DNA of 64,000 nucleotides from an uncultured Acidobacteriota bacterium (GTDB lineage Bacteria; Acidobacteriota; Thermoanaerobaculia; Multivoradales; UBA5704): NCBI GenBank assembly GCA_963770895.1, contig CAVYRF010000002.1, positions 2,976,001 to 3,040,000 of the forward strand, read 5' to 3'. Shown piece by piece: positions 21,304 to 30,208 of this stretch (position 1 is its first letter; each line of letters starts with the position of its first letter). The notes under the pieces were generated by a model. It saw only the letters and a program-made list of their open reading frames with translations, ran no database searches and was not told where the DNA came from. The position numbers and the translations under genes were made by a program.

Positions 21304-22261
21304 AATACCAGTCGATCGTCCGGTGCAGGCCGTCCATGAACTTGACCTGCGGCTGCCAGCCGAGCAGCTGCGCCGCCAGGCGGTTGCTGGCCACCCGATT
21401 GAGCGGCCCGGTCGGCATGTGGGGCAGCAGGCGAATCTCAGCCTGGTGGCCGGTGTAGCGCAGCACTTCCCGCACCGCTTCGATCACCCGCGTGCGCTCC
21501 TCGGTGCCGAGGTTGACCGCCGTGGCGTCGTCGATCTTTTCGGCGGCCAGGATCATGCCGCTCACGATGTCGCCGACGTAGGTCCAGTTGCGGATCTGGG
21601 TGCCGTCGCCCCATACCTCGAAGGGGTCCTGGCGCACGAAGGCGCGGGCGATCATGGCGATGACGGCGTGGTTTTCCACCCCGCGCTCGCCGTAGACGGT
21701 GAAGAAGCGGCACGACGCCGAGCGGAAGCCGAAGTCGCGGTGGTAGGCCGCCAGCGTCATTTCGGTCATCAGCTTGGCCCAGCCGTACATGTTGTCGGCT
21801 TCGTAGGGCGGGCCGGCCATCTCTTCTTTCAGGTACAGCTCCTGCGCCACGTCGGCCTGCAGGTAGTTGGGGTAGATGCAGCCCGACGAGGCGAAGACGA
21901 ACTTTTCCACCCCCGCGTCGTACGCCGCCTTGATCAGCATGCCGTCGAGCGCCAGGTTTTGCGCGCAGGCCGCCTGGTGCAGGTCGACGAAGCCGCGGCC
22001 GCCGTGGATCGCCGCCAGGTGGAAGACCACCTGCATGCCGGCGACCGCCTGCTGGGCGACCCCCGGCTGCAGCAGGTCCGCCTGCATCATCTCGACGTGC
22101 CCGGCGTCGATGTGCTGCCGGATATTGTCCAGGCGCCCGCTCGACAGGTCGTCCACCACCCGAATGCGCCGCGCGCCTTTTGCCAGCAGATGATCGATCA
22201 GGTGCGAGCTGATGAACGAGGCGCCCCCCGTCACCAGGATCGTCTTTGTGCTCCAATCCAT
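21242..22261 (-). CDS. NAD-dependent epimerase/dehydratase
   Basis: ILVTGGASFISSHL, VFHLAA, FASSGCIY, YGWAK (YxxxK), WGDGTQIRNWTYV. Confidence 0.92.
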   Translation of the reverse strand: MDWSTKTILVTGGASFISSHLIDHLLAKGARRIRVVDDLSSGRLDNIRQHIDAGHVEMMQADLLQPGVAQQAVAGMQVVFHLAAIHGGRGFVDLHQAACAQNLALDGMLIKAAYDAGVEKFVFASSGCIYPNYLQADVAQELYLKEEMAGPPYEADNMYGWAKLMTEMTLAAYHRDFGFRSASCRFFTVYGERGVENHAVIAMIARAFVRQDPFEVWGDGTQIRNWTYVGDIVSGMILAAEKIDDATAVNLGTEERTRVIEAVREVLRYTGHQAEIRLLPHMPTGPLNRVASNRLAAQLLGWQPQVKFMDGLHRTIDWYFAHHERQKVGGYLAEMLTER

Positions 22262-22345
22262 CCCCAGGACTCTCCCCGACAGTGTCGCTCCGCAGCCCGT
22301 CCGGTAGCGGTCCGGCGAGCTTAACACGCGGGTAGAATCGCCGGC

Positions 22346-23272
22346 GTGTCCCCCGAGCCCGGCGCGTCGCAGGCCCCGCTGACCGTCAGTACGCTGCTCG
22401 GCCACGCCCAGGTCGACATGGGGCTGCTCTGCCTCGGGAGCCTGCTGGCCTGCTCCCGCCGCCGGATCGCCCTGCGCATTCACGACGACGGGTCGCTCGA
22501 CGCGGCGGACCTGGACCGCCTGGCGGCCGGCCTGGGGAGCCCCGCGGTGGTGCCTCGGCGCCAGGCGGACCAGCGGGCGGAGCAGGCGCTGGCGGCGCGG
22601 CCGGCGACGCGCGCCTTCCGCGCCGCCAATGCGCTGGCCTTGAAGCTGATCGACGCGCCGCTGTGGGCGGACGGCGAGGAGCTGCGGTACTGCGACGCCG
22701 ACGTGCTGTTCCTGCGCCCCTTCGCGCGCCTGTTCGAGCTGCCGCCGGCGGCCGGCGCTCTGTTCATGCGCGATCCGCAGAACGCCTATTCGGTGCGCTC
22801 CTGGCATCTGCTGCGCGAACCCCGGCTGCGCCTGGCCGCGCACGTCAACTCGGGGCTCATCGTCTGCGGCGTTCGCCACCTGGACCTGGACCTGCTGGAG
22901 TGGTACCTGGCGCGCCCCGAGTACCGCTTTGCCCCGGTCTGGATCGAGCAGACCTGCTGGGCCCTGCTCGGCCAGGCGGCCGGTTGCCACCTGCTCGACC
23001 CGCGCGCGATCGCCATCCCCACCGCCGACCGCCAGCCCTGCCGCCGGCACGTGGCGCTCCACTTCGTAAGCCCGGTGCGGGGTCTGTTGCCGGCCTACGC
23101 GCGGCGCCTGGCCGCGGCGCAGGCGGCCGGCGCTGCCGCCGCGGGCGGCACAACGCCCGCCGTCGAGGCCGCCGCTGCCGTCGACGTCGGCACGCGGCCG
23201 GCGCGCCGCCTCACCGCCCGGGCGCTGGCCGCCAGCGAGCTGGTCCGCCGGCTGCGCCGCCTGGGGCGCTGA
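22346..23272 (+). CDS. Putative GT-A fold glycosyltransferase / nucleotide-diphospho-sugar transferase
   Basis: IHDDGSL, LKLID, YCDADVLF (DxD), VNSGL, IEQTCWA; divergent from the epimerase. Confidence 0.65.
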   Translation: MSPEPGASQAPLTVSTLLGHAQVDMGLLCLGSLLACSRRRIALRIHDDGSLDAADLDRLAAGLGSPAVVPRRQADQRAEQALAARPATRAFRAANALALKLIDAPLWADGEELRYCDADVLFLRPFARLFELPPAAGALFMRDPQNAYSVRSWHLLREPRLRLAAHVNSGLIVCGVRHLDLDLLEWYLARPEYRFAPVWIEQTCWALLGQAAGCHLLDPRAIAIPTADRQPCRRHVALHFVSPVRGLLPAYARRLAAAQAAGAAAAGGTTPAVEAAAAVDVGTRPARRLTARALAASELVRRLRRLGR

Positions 23273-23410
23273 GGTCGGCGGCCCGCGCCGGCGCTGATGC
23301 CGGGTGCCTGGGGCTTGAGACGCTGGCGCCGGCGCCGCCTTGCAGCGCCGCCCAGGGTGTCGAGCGTCCAGCGGATCGCGAGATGTCGAGCGTTTGGCGG
23401 AGCGCCGGCG

Positions 23411-23938
23411 TCAGCCGCGGGCGGCGTCGTGCTGCAGGCGGGCGATGGTGCGGGAGGCTTCTTTGCGCACCGAGTCGGTGTGGCGGCCGATGCGGTTGCC
23501 GATCTCGCGGTAGTTGAGACCGAGCCAGCGCAGGGCCAGGACGCGGTTCTGGTGCACCGACAGGTCCTGGGCGAGGCTTGCCAGGTCCAGGCGACCTGCC
23601 AAATCGGCTTCGCGCGCCGGCGTCGAACCCGCCAGGGCGGTCAGCACCCCCGGATCGACCTGTGCCACATGGCGCTGCTGGTAACGGCCCGCGATATAGG
23701 TGGCGCACCTGCGGCGGACGATGCCGAGAAAATAGAGTTCGGGGCAGCGGATGTCGTGCCACTTGAGCAGCAGGGCCAGGAAAGCATCCTGTAGCAGGTC
23801 CTCCGCATCCTCTGGCGGCACTCCATACGACCGCAGGACGCCGCTCACCCGCCGGCCCGCCTGCGCCACGAACACTTCGAACTCCGCGGCTGGGAAGGAG
23901 GGGGGTGCCGGCGTTGCCTCGTTTGGCAGTGCTGTCAC
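23411..23938 (-). CDS. ECF-type RNA polymerase sigma factor
   Basis: Region 2 DAEDLLQDAFL; region 4 HTH LSVHQNRVLALRWLGLNYREIGNRIG...SVRKEASR. Confidence 0.82.
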   Translation of the reverse strand: MTALPNEATPAPPSFPAAEFEVFVAQAGRRVSGVLRSYGVPPEDAEDLLQDAFLALLLKWHDIRCPELYFLGIVRRRCATYIAGRYQQRHVAQVDPGVLTALAGSTPAREADLAGRLDLASLAQDLSVHQNRVLALRWLGLNYREIGNRIGRHTDSVRKEASRTIARLQHDAARG

Positions 23939-24094
23939 TAACGGTGGTCTCGTACCGGCTGCAAGATTACCTGAATCGATAATAACTTACCCGATTCGTC
24001 TCCCGAATGTCGACAGCCTTAACTTCCTCTGTTGGGGGCTCCGTGTCGCGGGCCTCGATGGCCAGCGCCTTCCTGCTCCCAGAAAGAGGCTTGT

Positions 24095-24385
24095 ATGACC
24101 GTTCGCCGCCTTGTCGTCGTAATCCTCCTCGCTTTGCTGGCCGTCGTTCCCGCCCAGGCCAAGGGTCAGGGCGCCGCGCCCCATGCCGCTTGGCCGTTGT
24201 GGACCGAGCTGCTCGATCGCGGCAGAGCGTTTTTCGCCCTGCTCGGCAACCCCGTCGATGGCGTCCGCCGCGAGGTGACGCGGCCGGCGCCGGCGGCAAC
24301 GACCACCGCCGCCGGATCTTCCGGCGGCGGCTCGGGCGCACAGGGCGACAGCTCAGGCGCCATGGACCCGGACGGCGCACTGTAG
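24095..24385 (+). CDS. Small secreted precursor protein (96 aa) ending in GDSSGAMDPDGAL
   Basis: AGAAAGAGG RBS; signal peptide MTVRRLVVVILLALLAVVPAQA; amphipathic WPLWTELLDRGRAFFALL; low-complexity linker; polar C-terminal tail. Confidence 0.75.
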   Translation: MTVRRLVVVILLALLAVVPAQAKGQGAAPHAAWPLWTELLDRGRAFFALLGNPVDGVRREVTRPAPAATTTAAGSSGGGSGAQGDSSGAMDPDGAL

Positions 24386-24409
24386 GTCTGCTGGTTGCAA
24401 TACCGCGGA

Positions 24410-24429
24410 GCGCCGGCGTAAGCCGGCGC
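24410..24429 (+). terminator. Perfect hairpin downstream of the peptide gene
   Basis: GCGCCGGC-GTAA-GCCGGCGC; no clear U-tract. Confidence 0.4.
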
Positions 24430-24692
24430 GCTGCCTTGAACCTGGAGTTGCGTTTTGCGCGTCTCCGGCGTCGGCGAGATCCACCGCGGAGCCAGCGCGT
24501 TTCCAATCCCTTCTCGATGGCGGCGGAGGTCGCGGCATCGCGCGCTCGAGCTCTTGCGTACCGTGCCGGTGAGCGTTTTTTAGCCTCATTGGGCGCATTT
24601 TATTTCCTGTCCGGAAAATCGCTGAAAAGCAGACTCTTCTGGTGATGCTGTCGCGCAACGGCGCGATGCTGAAACCGTGGGAGGAGTTCTGC

Positions 24693-26048
24693 ATGGTGGA
24701 TGACGGGCACTTTTCGCCGGAGCTGTTCCGTCGCTTTCTGGCCGGCGACGTCAGCCGCAAGACCGCCGCCCGGATCGTTGGGCACCTGATCCGCGGCTGC
24801 GAGGACTGCGGCGTGCTGGCGCAACGTCTGGCGGCGGAGACCGGAACCTGGCATGGCACGACCGGGGATGCGGCGCCGAGCGAAGACACCGATTACGCAG
24901 CCGCCTTTCGGCGCGCCGTGGAATTCGCCAGCCCCGAGCGCCGGCACGCCGCGCTGGAACGGCTCCGCGGCTGGGGGCAGTGGGCGTCTGTCGAGCCTTT
25001 CTCGCCGGAGCAGCGGATCTCCATCCTGCTGTCGGACGCATCGATGTACACCCGCGGGTTTCATGAGCGCCTGTTGGAAGCAGGCCGCATCTGCCAGCGC
25101 AGCGATCCGGCGAGCGCCGTGGCCGTGTTGGAGCTGGCGGTGATCGTCGCCGAGAAGATTTCTCACGTCGACAACGGTAAGGCGCGTTCCGATCTGCTTG
25201 CCGTGACTTTCGGCCATCTCGCCAACGCCAAGCGCCTGGCCAGCGATTTTGGCGGCGCCCGCGCGGCCTTCAAGGTCGCCTGGGAGCACGCAGGCGACGG
25301 GCACCGTGAAGTCTCCTGCGTCGCCCGCCTGATGACGTTCGAGGCAAGCTTGCTGGCCGATCTGGGGGACTTCGAGACCGCCGAAGCTTCACTGTCGGAG
25401 GCGCTGCTGCTCTATCGCAGCTCGCGGGATCATCATCAGGAGGGCCGCACGCTGGTGAAGATGGCGGCGGTGATCGGTCACGTCTCGCCGGAGCTGGCGC
25501 TGGATCACGTGCGCGATGCCTTGCCGCTCATCGATCGCAAGCTGGAGCCGCGTCTGGAGCTGTGCGCCAAACACAACTTTGCGTGGTTCCTGGCTTCGGC
25601 CGGCAAGGCGGAGGAGGCGCTGACGGTGCTCGACGACACGCGGCCCCTGTACCGCCAGTTTCCCGATCCCTGGACGCAGCTGCGGCTGCACTGGCTGGAA
25701 GGGCGCATCGCCCGCGCGCTCGGCCGGCTGGGCGACGCGGTGCCGATCTTTCAGCGCCTGCAGGAGGCGCTGCAGGTTCGCCAGGCACACCACGAAACGG
25801 TCCTGGTTTCGCTCGACCTTGCCGAGGCCCTGGTCGCCCGCGGCGCCTTCGAGGTGGCGGTGCGCGTGGTGCGGGAAGTGCACCCGGTCATGGCCGGTTG
25901 GCGACTCCACCGCCACCTGCTCGCCGCCTGGCTCCTGCTCCAACAAGCCCTGGAGCAGCGCCAGCTCGATGCCCTGTTCAACAACCTGCAGCTGTACTTC
26001 CGCCGCCACTGGCACCAGCCCGCCGAGTTCACCCACGGCGCCTCCTGA
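24693..26048 (+). CDS. TPR-repeat protein with N-terminal zinc-finger anti-sigma-like (zf-HC2-like) motif
   Basis: GGGAGGAG RBS; HFSPELFRRFLAGDVS...VGHLIRGCEDC; TPR-like helices (GHLANAKRLASDFGGARAAF, LGDFETAEASLSEALLLY, HNFAWFLASAGKAEEAL, LEGRIARALGRLGDA); no TM segment. Confidence 0.8.
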   Translation: MVDDGHFSPELFRRFLAGDVSRKTAARIVGHLIRGCEDCGVLAQRLAAETGTWHGTTGDAAPSEDTDYAAAFRRAVEFASPERRHAALERLRGWGQWASVEPFSPEQRISILLSDASMYTRGFHERLLEAGRICQRSDPASAVAVLELAVIVAEKISHVDNGKARSDLLAVTFGHLANAKRLASDFGGARAAFKVAWEHAGDGHREVSCVARLMTFEASLLADLGDFETAEASLSEALLLYRSSRDHHQEGRTLVKMAAVIGHVSPELALDHVRDALPLIDRKLEPRLELCAKHNFAWFLASAGKAEEALTVLDDTRPLYRQFPDPWTQLRLHWLEGRIARALGRLGDAVPIFQRLQEALQVRQAHHETVLVSLDLAEALVARGAFEVAVRVVREVHPVMAGWRLHRHLLAAWLLLQQALEQRQLDALFNNLQLYFRRHWHQPAEFTHGAS

Positions 26049-26169
26049 TGCTGCCGCCGGCGGTGCCGGCGGGGGGCCGCCGAGGCGAGCAGCGCGGCTG
26101 GCCGCGCGGCCCCCTTCTGGTCTTTTTCACCGTCCCTGCCGAGCCCGAGGCGGTGTTCGTTTCCTGAGC

Positions 26170-26228
26170 CGCAACCATGCGGTTGCGTTTCTGGGGGCCG
26201 CGAGGTAGAGTGGCAACCGGGAGGTTGC
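26170..26228 (+). promoter_or_regulatory. Two GCAACC-N4-GGTTGC operators overlapping a sigma70-like promoter
   Basis: Palindromes at 26171-26186 and 26213-26228; TTGCGT (26183) - 17 bp - TAGAGT (26206). Confidence 0.75.
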
Positions 26229-26230
26229 TT

Positions 26231-26698
26231 ATGATCGAGTCGACTTCGACGGATGTGATCGAGAGAGAGATCGTGGTGCGGGCGCCGCGGGCGCGGGTGT
26301 GGCGGGCGCTCACGGACGCGGGGGAGTTTGGCAAGTGGTTTCGGGCGGAGATGCGCGAGCCGTTCGTGCCCGGCCAGCGGTCGCAGGGGCGGGTGACGAT
26401 TCCGGGGTGGGACCACCTGACGTTCGAGGTGGTGATCGAACGGATGGAGCCGGAGCGGCTGTTTTCGTGGCGGTGGCATCCCTATCCCTGCGATCCGCAG
26501 CGGGACTACTCGGTGGAGCCGATGACGCTGGTGGTGTTCGAGCTGGATGAGACCGCGGCGGGGACCCGCATCAAGGTGCGCGAATCCGGCTTCGATCAGA
26601 TCCCGGCGGATCGGCGCGACGAGGCGTTCCGCATGAACACGTCAGGCTGGAAGGGGCAGATGGAGAACATCGAACGCTATGTGGACGCCGCCGGTTAG
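26231..26698 (+). CDS. SRPBCC/AHSA1-like (START fold) protein
   Basis: IEREIVVRAPRARVWRALTD...WF...EPERLFSWRW...TLVVFEL...GTRIKVRESGF...GW. Confidence 0.9.
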   Translation: MIESTSTDVIEREIVVRAPRARVWRALTDAGEFGKWFRAEMREPFVPGQRSQGRVTIPGWDHLTFEVVIERMEPERLFSWRWHPYPCDPQRDYSVEPMTLVVFELDETAAGTRIKVRESGFDQIPADRRDEAFRMNTSGWKGQMENIERYVDAAG

Positions 26699-27038
26699 CC
26701 GCGCCGAGATCGCGGCCCTGCAGCAGGCGGCGCCGGTGTTCGCGGCGCTGGGGGACCAGACGCGGTTGCGCCTGGTGGCGCGGCTGAGCGGCGAAGGGCC
26801 GCTTTCCATTTCGCGGCTGAGCGACAGCGCCGGCGTCACCCGCCAGGCGGTCGCCAAGCACCTGCGCGTGCTGGCCGACGCCGGCCTGGCGCGCGGGCAA
26901 CGCCGCGGCCGTGAGCAGCTGTGGCAGCTGCAGGCCGCGCCGCTCGACGAGGCGCGCCGCTCGCTCGAACGGATCTCGCTACGCTGGGACCAGGCGCTGG
27001 CGCGGCTCAAAGCCGCGCTGGAGCTGGAAGCGGAATGA
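26679..27038 (+). CDS. ArsR/SmtB family transcriptional regulator
   Basis: VFAALGDQTRLRLVARL...VTRQAVAKHLRVLADAGL...RGRE. Confidence 0.9.
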   Translation: MWTPPVSRAEIAALQQAAPVFAALGDQTRLRLVARLSGEGPLSISRLSDSAGVTRQAVAKHLRVLADAGLARGQRRGREQLWQLQAAPLDEARRSLERISLRWDQALARLKAALELEAE

Positions 27039-27059
27039 GCCGCGCTGCCGCGCGGCGGT

Positions 27060-28211
27060 TCACCAGGGACCGGACCCGGACCCGAAGCCGGCGCTGCGCA
27101 GATCGGCCAGCCAACCGCGATAGGCGTTTTCCAGGCGGTTGACGGCGGGTGCCCAGCGCAGCGACTGGACGCGGCGGTGGCCGGCGCGGGCGATCTTTTC
27201 GCGCAGGGCGGGATTTTCGATCAGGGGTGTCACCGCGTCGTACAGGGCGGAGGTGTGGTGGCCGGCGGCGAGCATCGCCTCTTCGCCGCCCAGCAGGCTG
27301 GCGGCAAAACCGGTGCGGGTGGCGGCCAGGGCGCAGCCGCAGGCCATGGCCTCGGCGGCGGCCAGGCCGAAGCTCTCGTAGCGCGAGGGCAGCAGGGCGA
27401 TGGCAAAGCTCTGGTACAGGTTGCGCAGCGGGCCGTCGCGCTGGACGTGCGGCACGACGGTGATGCGCGGCAGCAGGTCGGCGGCAAAATGGTCGGCGGC
27501 GCGGAAGCTGTCGCCGACGCCGACCAGGGTCAGCCGCCAGGCGGGGTGCTCGCGCAGCAGCGGCGGCAGGTCGCTCGCAAGCAGCGCCGCTCCCTTGCGC
27601 GGCAGCCACGAGCCGCAATAGCCGATGACCGGCGGCCGCGCGAAGTCGACGGCCAGCCCCAGATAGCTGTCGGGCAGCGGGTTGTCGAGCGCCAGCACCC
27701 GCTCCTGCGTCGCATAGCCGCGGTCCAGGACGTAGTTGCGATCGAAGTCGCCGACGGTGACCAGGGCGTCGGCGTCGCGGAAGGCCCGCTCGGCGAGCGG
27801 CATGCGCGGGCCGCCGCGCGGCCGGCGGCGGGGCGCGGCGGCCTTGCGCGCGTCCGCCTCCGCCATGGCTTCGGCGCAGTGGGTTTCGATGCCGTTGGAG
27901 TGGGCGACCAGCAGGAAGCGGCGCCCCGGCAGCCGCGCCAGGGCGGCGATCGCGAGCCACGCTTCGGCGCCATAGAACTCCAGCACGTCGTAGTCGGCGG
28001 CGGCCAGGCGGCGCACGCTCTCGGCCAGCATGCCGAGCGCCTGGCGGTAGCGGATGGCGCGGCGCAGCGGGTACAGCGGTTCGTAGTCGGCGGGGCCGCG
28101 CACGTCCACCTGGTGACCGCGGGCGCGCAGCCCGGCGGCGTAGCCCAGGACCACGTAGCCCGACCCCAGCGACGCGTCCAGCGGCGTGTTGCTGAGGGTC
28201 AGGATGCGCAT
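27060..28211 (-). CDS. Glycosyltransferase family 4
   Basis: MRILTLSN..., GSWLPRKG, LPSRYESFGLAAAEAMACG. Confidence 0.88.
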   Translation of the reverse strand: MRILTLSNTPLDASLGSGYVVLGYAAGLRARGHQVDVRGPADYEPLYPLRRAIRYRQALGMLAESVRRLAAADYDVLEFYGAEAWLAIAALARLPGRRFLLVAHSNGIETHCAEAMAEADARKAAAPRRRPRGGPRMPLAERAFRDADALVTVGDFDRNYVLDRGYATQERVLALDNPLPDSYLGLAVDFARPPVIGYCGSWLPRKGAALLASDLPPLLREHPAWRLTLVGVGDSFRAADHFAADLLPRITVVPHVQRDGPLRNLYQSFAIALLPSRYESFGLAAAEAMACGCALAATRTGFAASLLGGEEAMLAAGHHTSALYDAVTPLIENPALREKIARAGHRRVQSLRWAPAVNRLENAYRGWLADLRSAGFGSGSGPW

Positions 28212-28251
28212 GGCGGCTTGGGTGGGGCGACCGCGGCGGGGGCGGCGGAGC

Positions 28252-29400
28252 TCAACGCCCCGCCCCGCCCGCGAGCGCGAGCACCTGCTGCTCCCAGCTG
28301 GCGGCGATCGCCGCCCACGAGAAGCGGGCGCGATAGCCGTTGGCGTCCAGGTCTTCGAGCGGGCCGGTGGGGACGGCAGACAGACCATCTGACGCCGGCG
28401 ATGGCGCGGTTGGTGGCGACAGGGGCGGCGGCGGAAAGGGTCGCAGGGAGCGCGGAAAGAAGGGCCGCAGGTCCGCGACGCCGCCGGCTTCGGTGGCAAA
28501 GACGGGCATCCCCGACTCCAGCATCTCGTTGAGGTTGAGGCCCCACCCTTCGACGTCGCTGGTGAAGAGGCCGGCATCGTGGCCGGCAAGCAGCGCCGGC
28601 AGCTGGGAGCGGGTGAACGACGGCACCAGCGCCACCCGACCGGAGCGCAGCCAGGCCGCCGGCAGCTCGCGCTCGGGAGCCGTGCCGCAGCCGGCCAGGG
28701 TGAAGCTGTCGCCGCCCGGTCCGGTCAGGCGCTCCGCCATGAAGCGCAGCAGCGGCCGCAGGCCTTTATGGGCGGTCCAGCGGCCCATCCAAAGGTAGCG
28801 CCGGCCGGCGCCCGCCGCCGCGCCGGCCCCGGTCGCGCCGGCACGTCCGCGGCGCACCGCGGCGAGCGCATCCTGCTCGGCCTCTGGCAGGGTGTTCAGG
28901 TAGAGCCCCAGCTTGCCGCGCCAGGCGGGGAAGCGCCGCCGCATCCAGGCCAGCTCCAGGCTCCCCAGGCAGAGGATGGCCCGCGCCCGCCGCCAGCCGC
29001 CGACGATCGCCGCCGCCATCGGCACGCCGAAGGCAGCGTGCACGGCGCCGCGCAGCGGCAGCGGGCGGGCCAGGTCGGCACGCAGGCCGCGCCACAGGTA
29101 GCGCAGCTCCGGCTGGACGCTGCGCACCACCAGGATGCCGTGGCGCGCCAGCTGCCGGCTGGCGGTGAGCGCCGGCGACTCGATGACGTCGAACGGCCCG
29201 TTGGCGGCGGCGTAGGTTTCGATCGCCCGCCGCTGGCGGCGGCGCAGGTTGAACCAGCGCGTATCCGCCGGCAGCGGCTCGGGCGACCAGGCGCGGGCGT
29301 CGTGGCCGCGCGCCGCGAGCGCCGCGGCCAGGCTCATCGCCACCTGGGACGCTCCCAGCTCGGCGGTGAGCGGCGGGTGGCTCACGATCAGGATTCTCAC
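28252..29400 (-). CDS. Glycosyltransferase family 4
   Basis: GTG start RILIVSH, GRWTAHKG, FTSDVEGWGLNLNEMLESG. Confidence 0.85.
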   Translation of the reverse strand: MRILIVSHPPLTAELGASQVAMSLAAALAARGHDARAWSPEPLPADTRWFNLRRRQRRAIETYAAANGPFDVIESPALTASRQLARHGILVVRSVQPELRYLWRGLRADLARPLPLRGAVHAAFGVPMAAAIVGGWRRARAILCLGSLELAWMRRRFPAWRGKLGLYLNTLPEAEQDALAAVRRGRAGATGAGAAAGAGRRYLWMGRWTAHKGLRPLLRFMAERLTGPGGDSFTLAGCGTAPERELPAAWLRSGRVALVPSFTRSQLPALLAGHDAGLFTSDVEGWGLNLNEMLESGMPVFATEAGGVADLRPFFPRSLRPFPPPPLSPPTAPSPASDGLSAVPTGPLEDLDANGYRARFSWAAIAASWEQQVLALAGGAGR

Positions 29401-30188
29401 CGCGCTCCCGCGGCCGGCGCGCCGGGCGGCAGGGCCAGGGTGTTCCAGGCCGGGCTGGTCACCGGCTGGCGCGCGCCGGGCGGCAGCTCTGCGTCGTACA
29501 GGGTGTAGCCGTGCGACGCCAGGAGCTGCGCCACCTGGGCAGCGGTGCCGGAACCGACTTCGCACAGCAGCGTCGGACGCACCTGGGCCAGCAGGCGGGC
29601 GGCGCCGCGCAGGCAGGCCAGCTCGGCACCCTCGACGTCCACCTTGAGCAGGGCCGGGGCGGGGAACGCCTCGAGCAGCCCGTCCAGGGTCACGGTCACC
29701 ACCTTTTGGACGCTGCGGGTGCCGCCCGCCTGACTGCTGCCGGCGACGCTCGCCAGGTGGTTGGCCGCCCTGCCGCGCGCCGCGACGTGGAAGTCCGCGA
29801 CGCCCTGGCGCTCGGCGACGGCGGCGCTCAGCACGTCGATCGGCGCGTGACCCGCGGGGAGCGTCGCGGCCGAACGCCGCAGCAGGGTGGCGAGCCAGCC
29901 ATCGGCTTCGACCGCCAGCACCTCGCCGCCGGCGCCCGCGGCGTGGGAGGCGACGACGGCGAAGAGGCCGACGTTGGCCCCCACGTCCCACACCACGGCC
30001 CCCGGCTGCACCAGCTCGCGCGCCAGGCGCACCAGCAGCGGGTCGACGGCCGCCAGGTCGCGCCGCCAGAACCGCGCCGCCGCGTCGGGCGAAACCCACA
30101 GGGTATGGCCGCCGAGCGCCGCCGGCAGGCGCCGCTTGAGCACGCGGTCGCGGCTCAGCCTTTCGACCAGGTTCCTGATCATGCTCAT
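29397..30188 (-). CDS. FkbM family methyltransferase
   Basis: VWDVGANVGLF, LAVEAD, VTLD, LKVDVEGAE. Confidence 0.9.
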   Translation of the reverse strand: MSMIRNLVERLSRDRVLKRRLPAALGGHTLWVSPDAAARFWRRDLAAVDPLLVRLARELVQPGAVVWDVGANVGLFAVVASHAAGAGGEVLAVEADGWLATLLRRSAATLPAGHAPIDVLSAAVAERQGVADFHVAARGRAANHLASVAGSSQAGGTRSVQKVVTVTLDGLLEAFPAPALLKVDVEGAELACLRGAARLLAQVRPTLLCEVGSGTAAQVAQLLASHGYTLYDAELPPGARQPVTSPAWNTLALPPGAPAAGAR

Positions 30189-30208
30189 GGGTCGGTCCGG
30201 CACCAACG

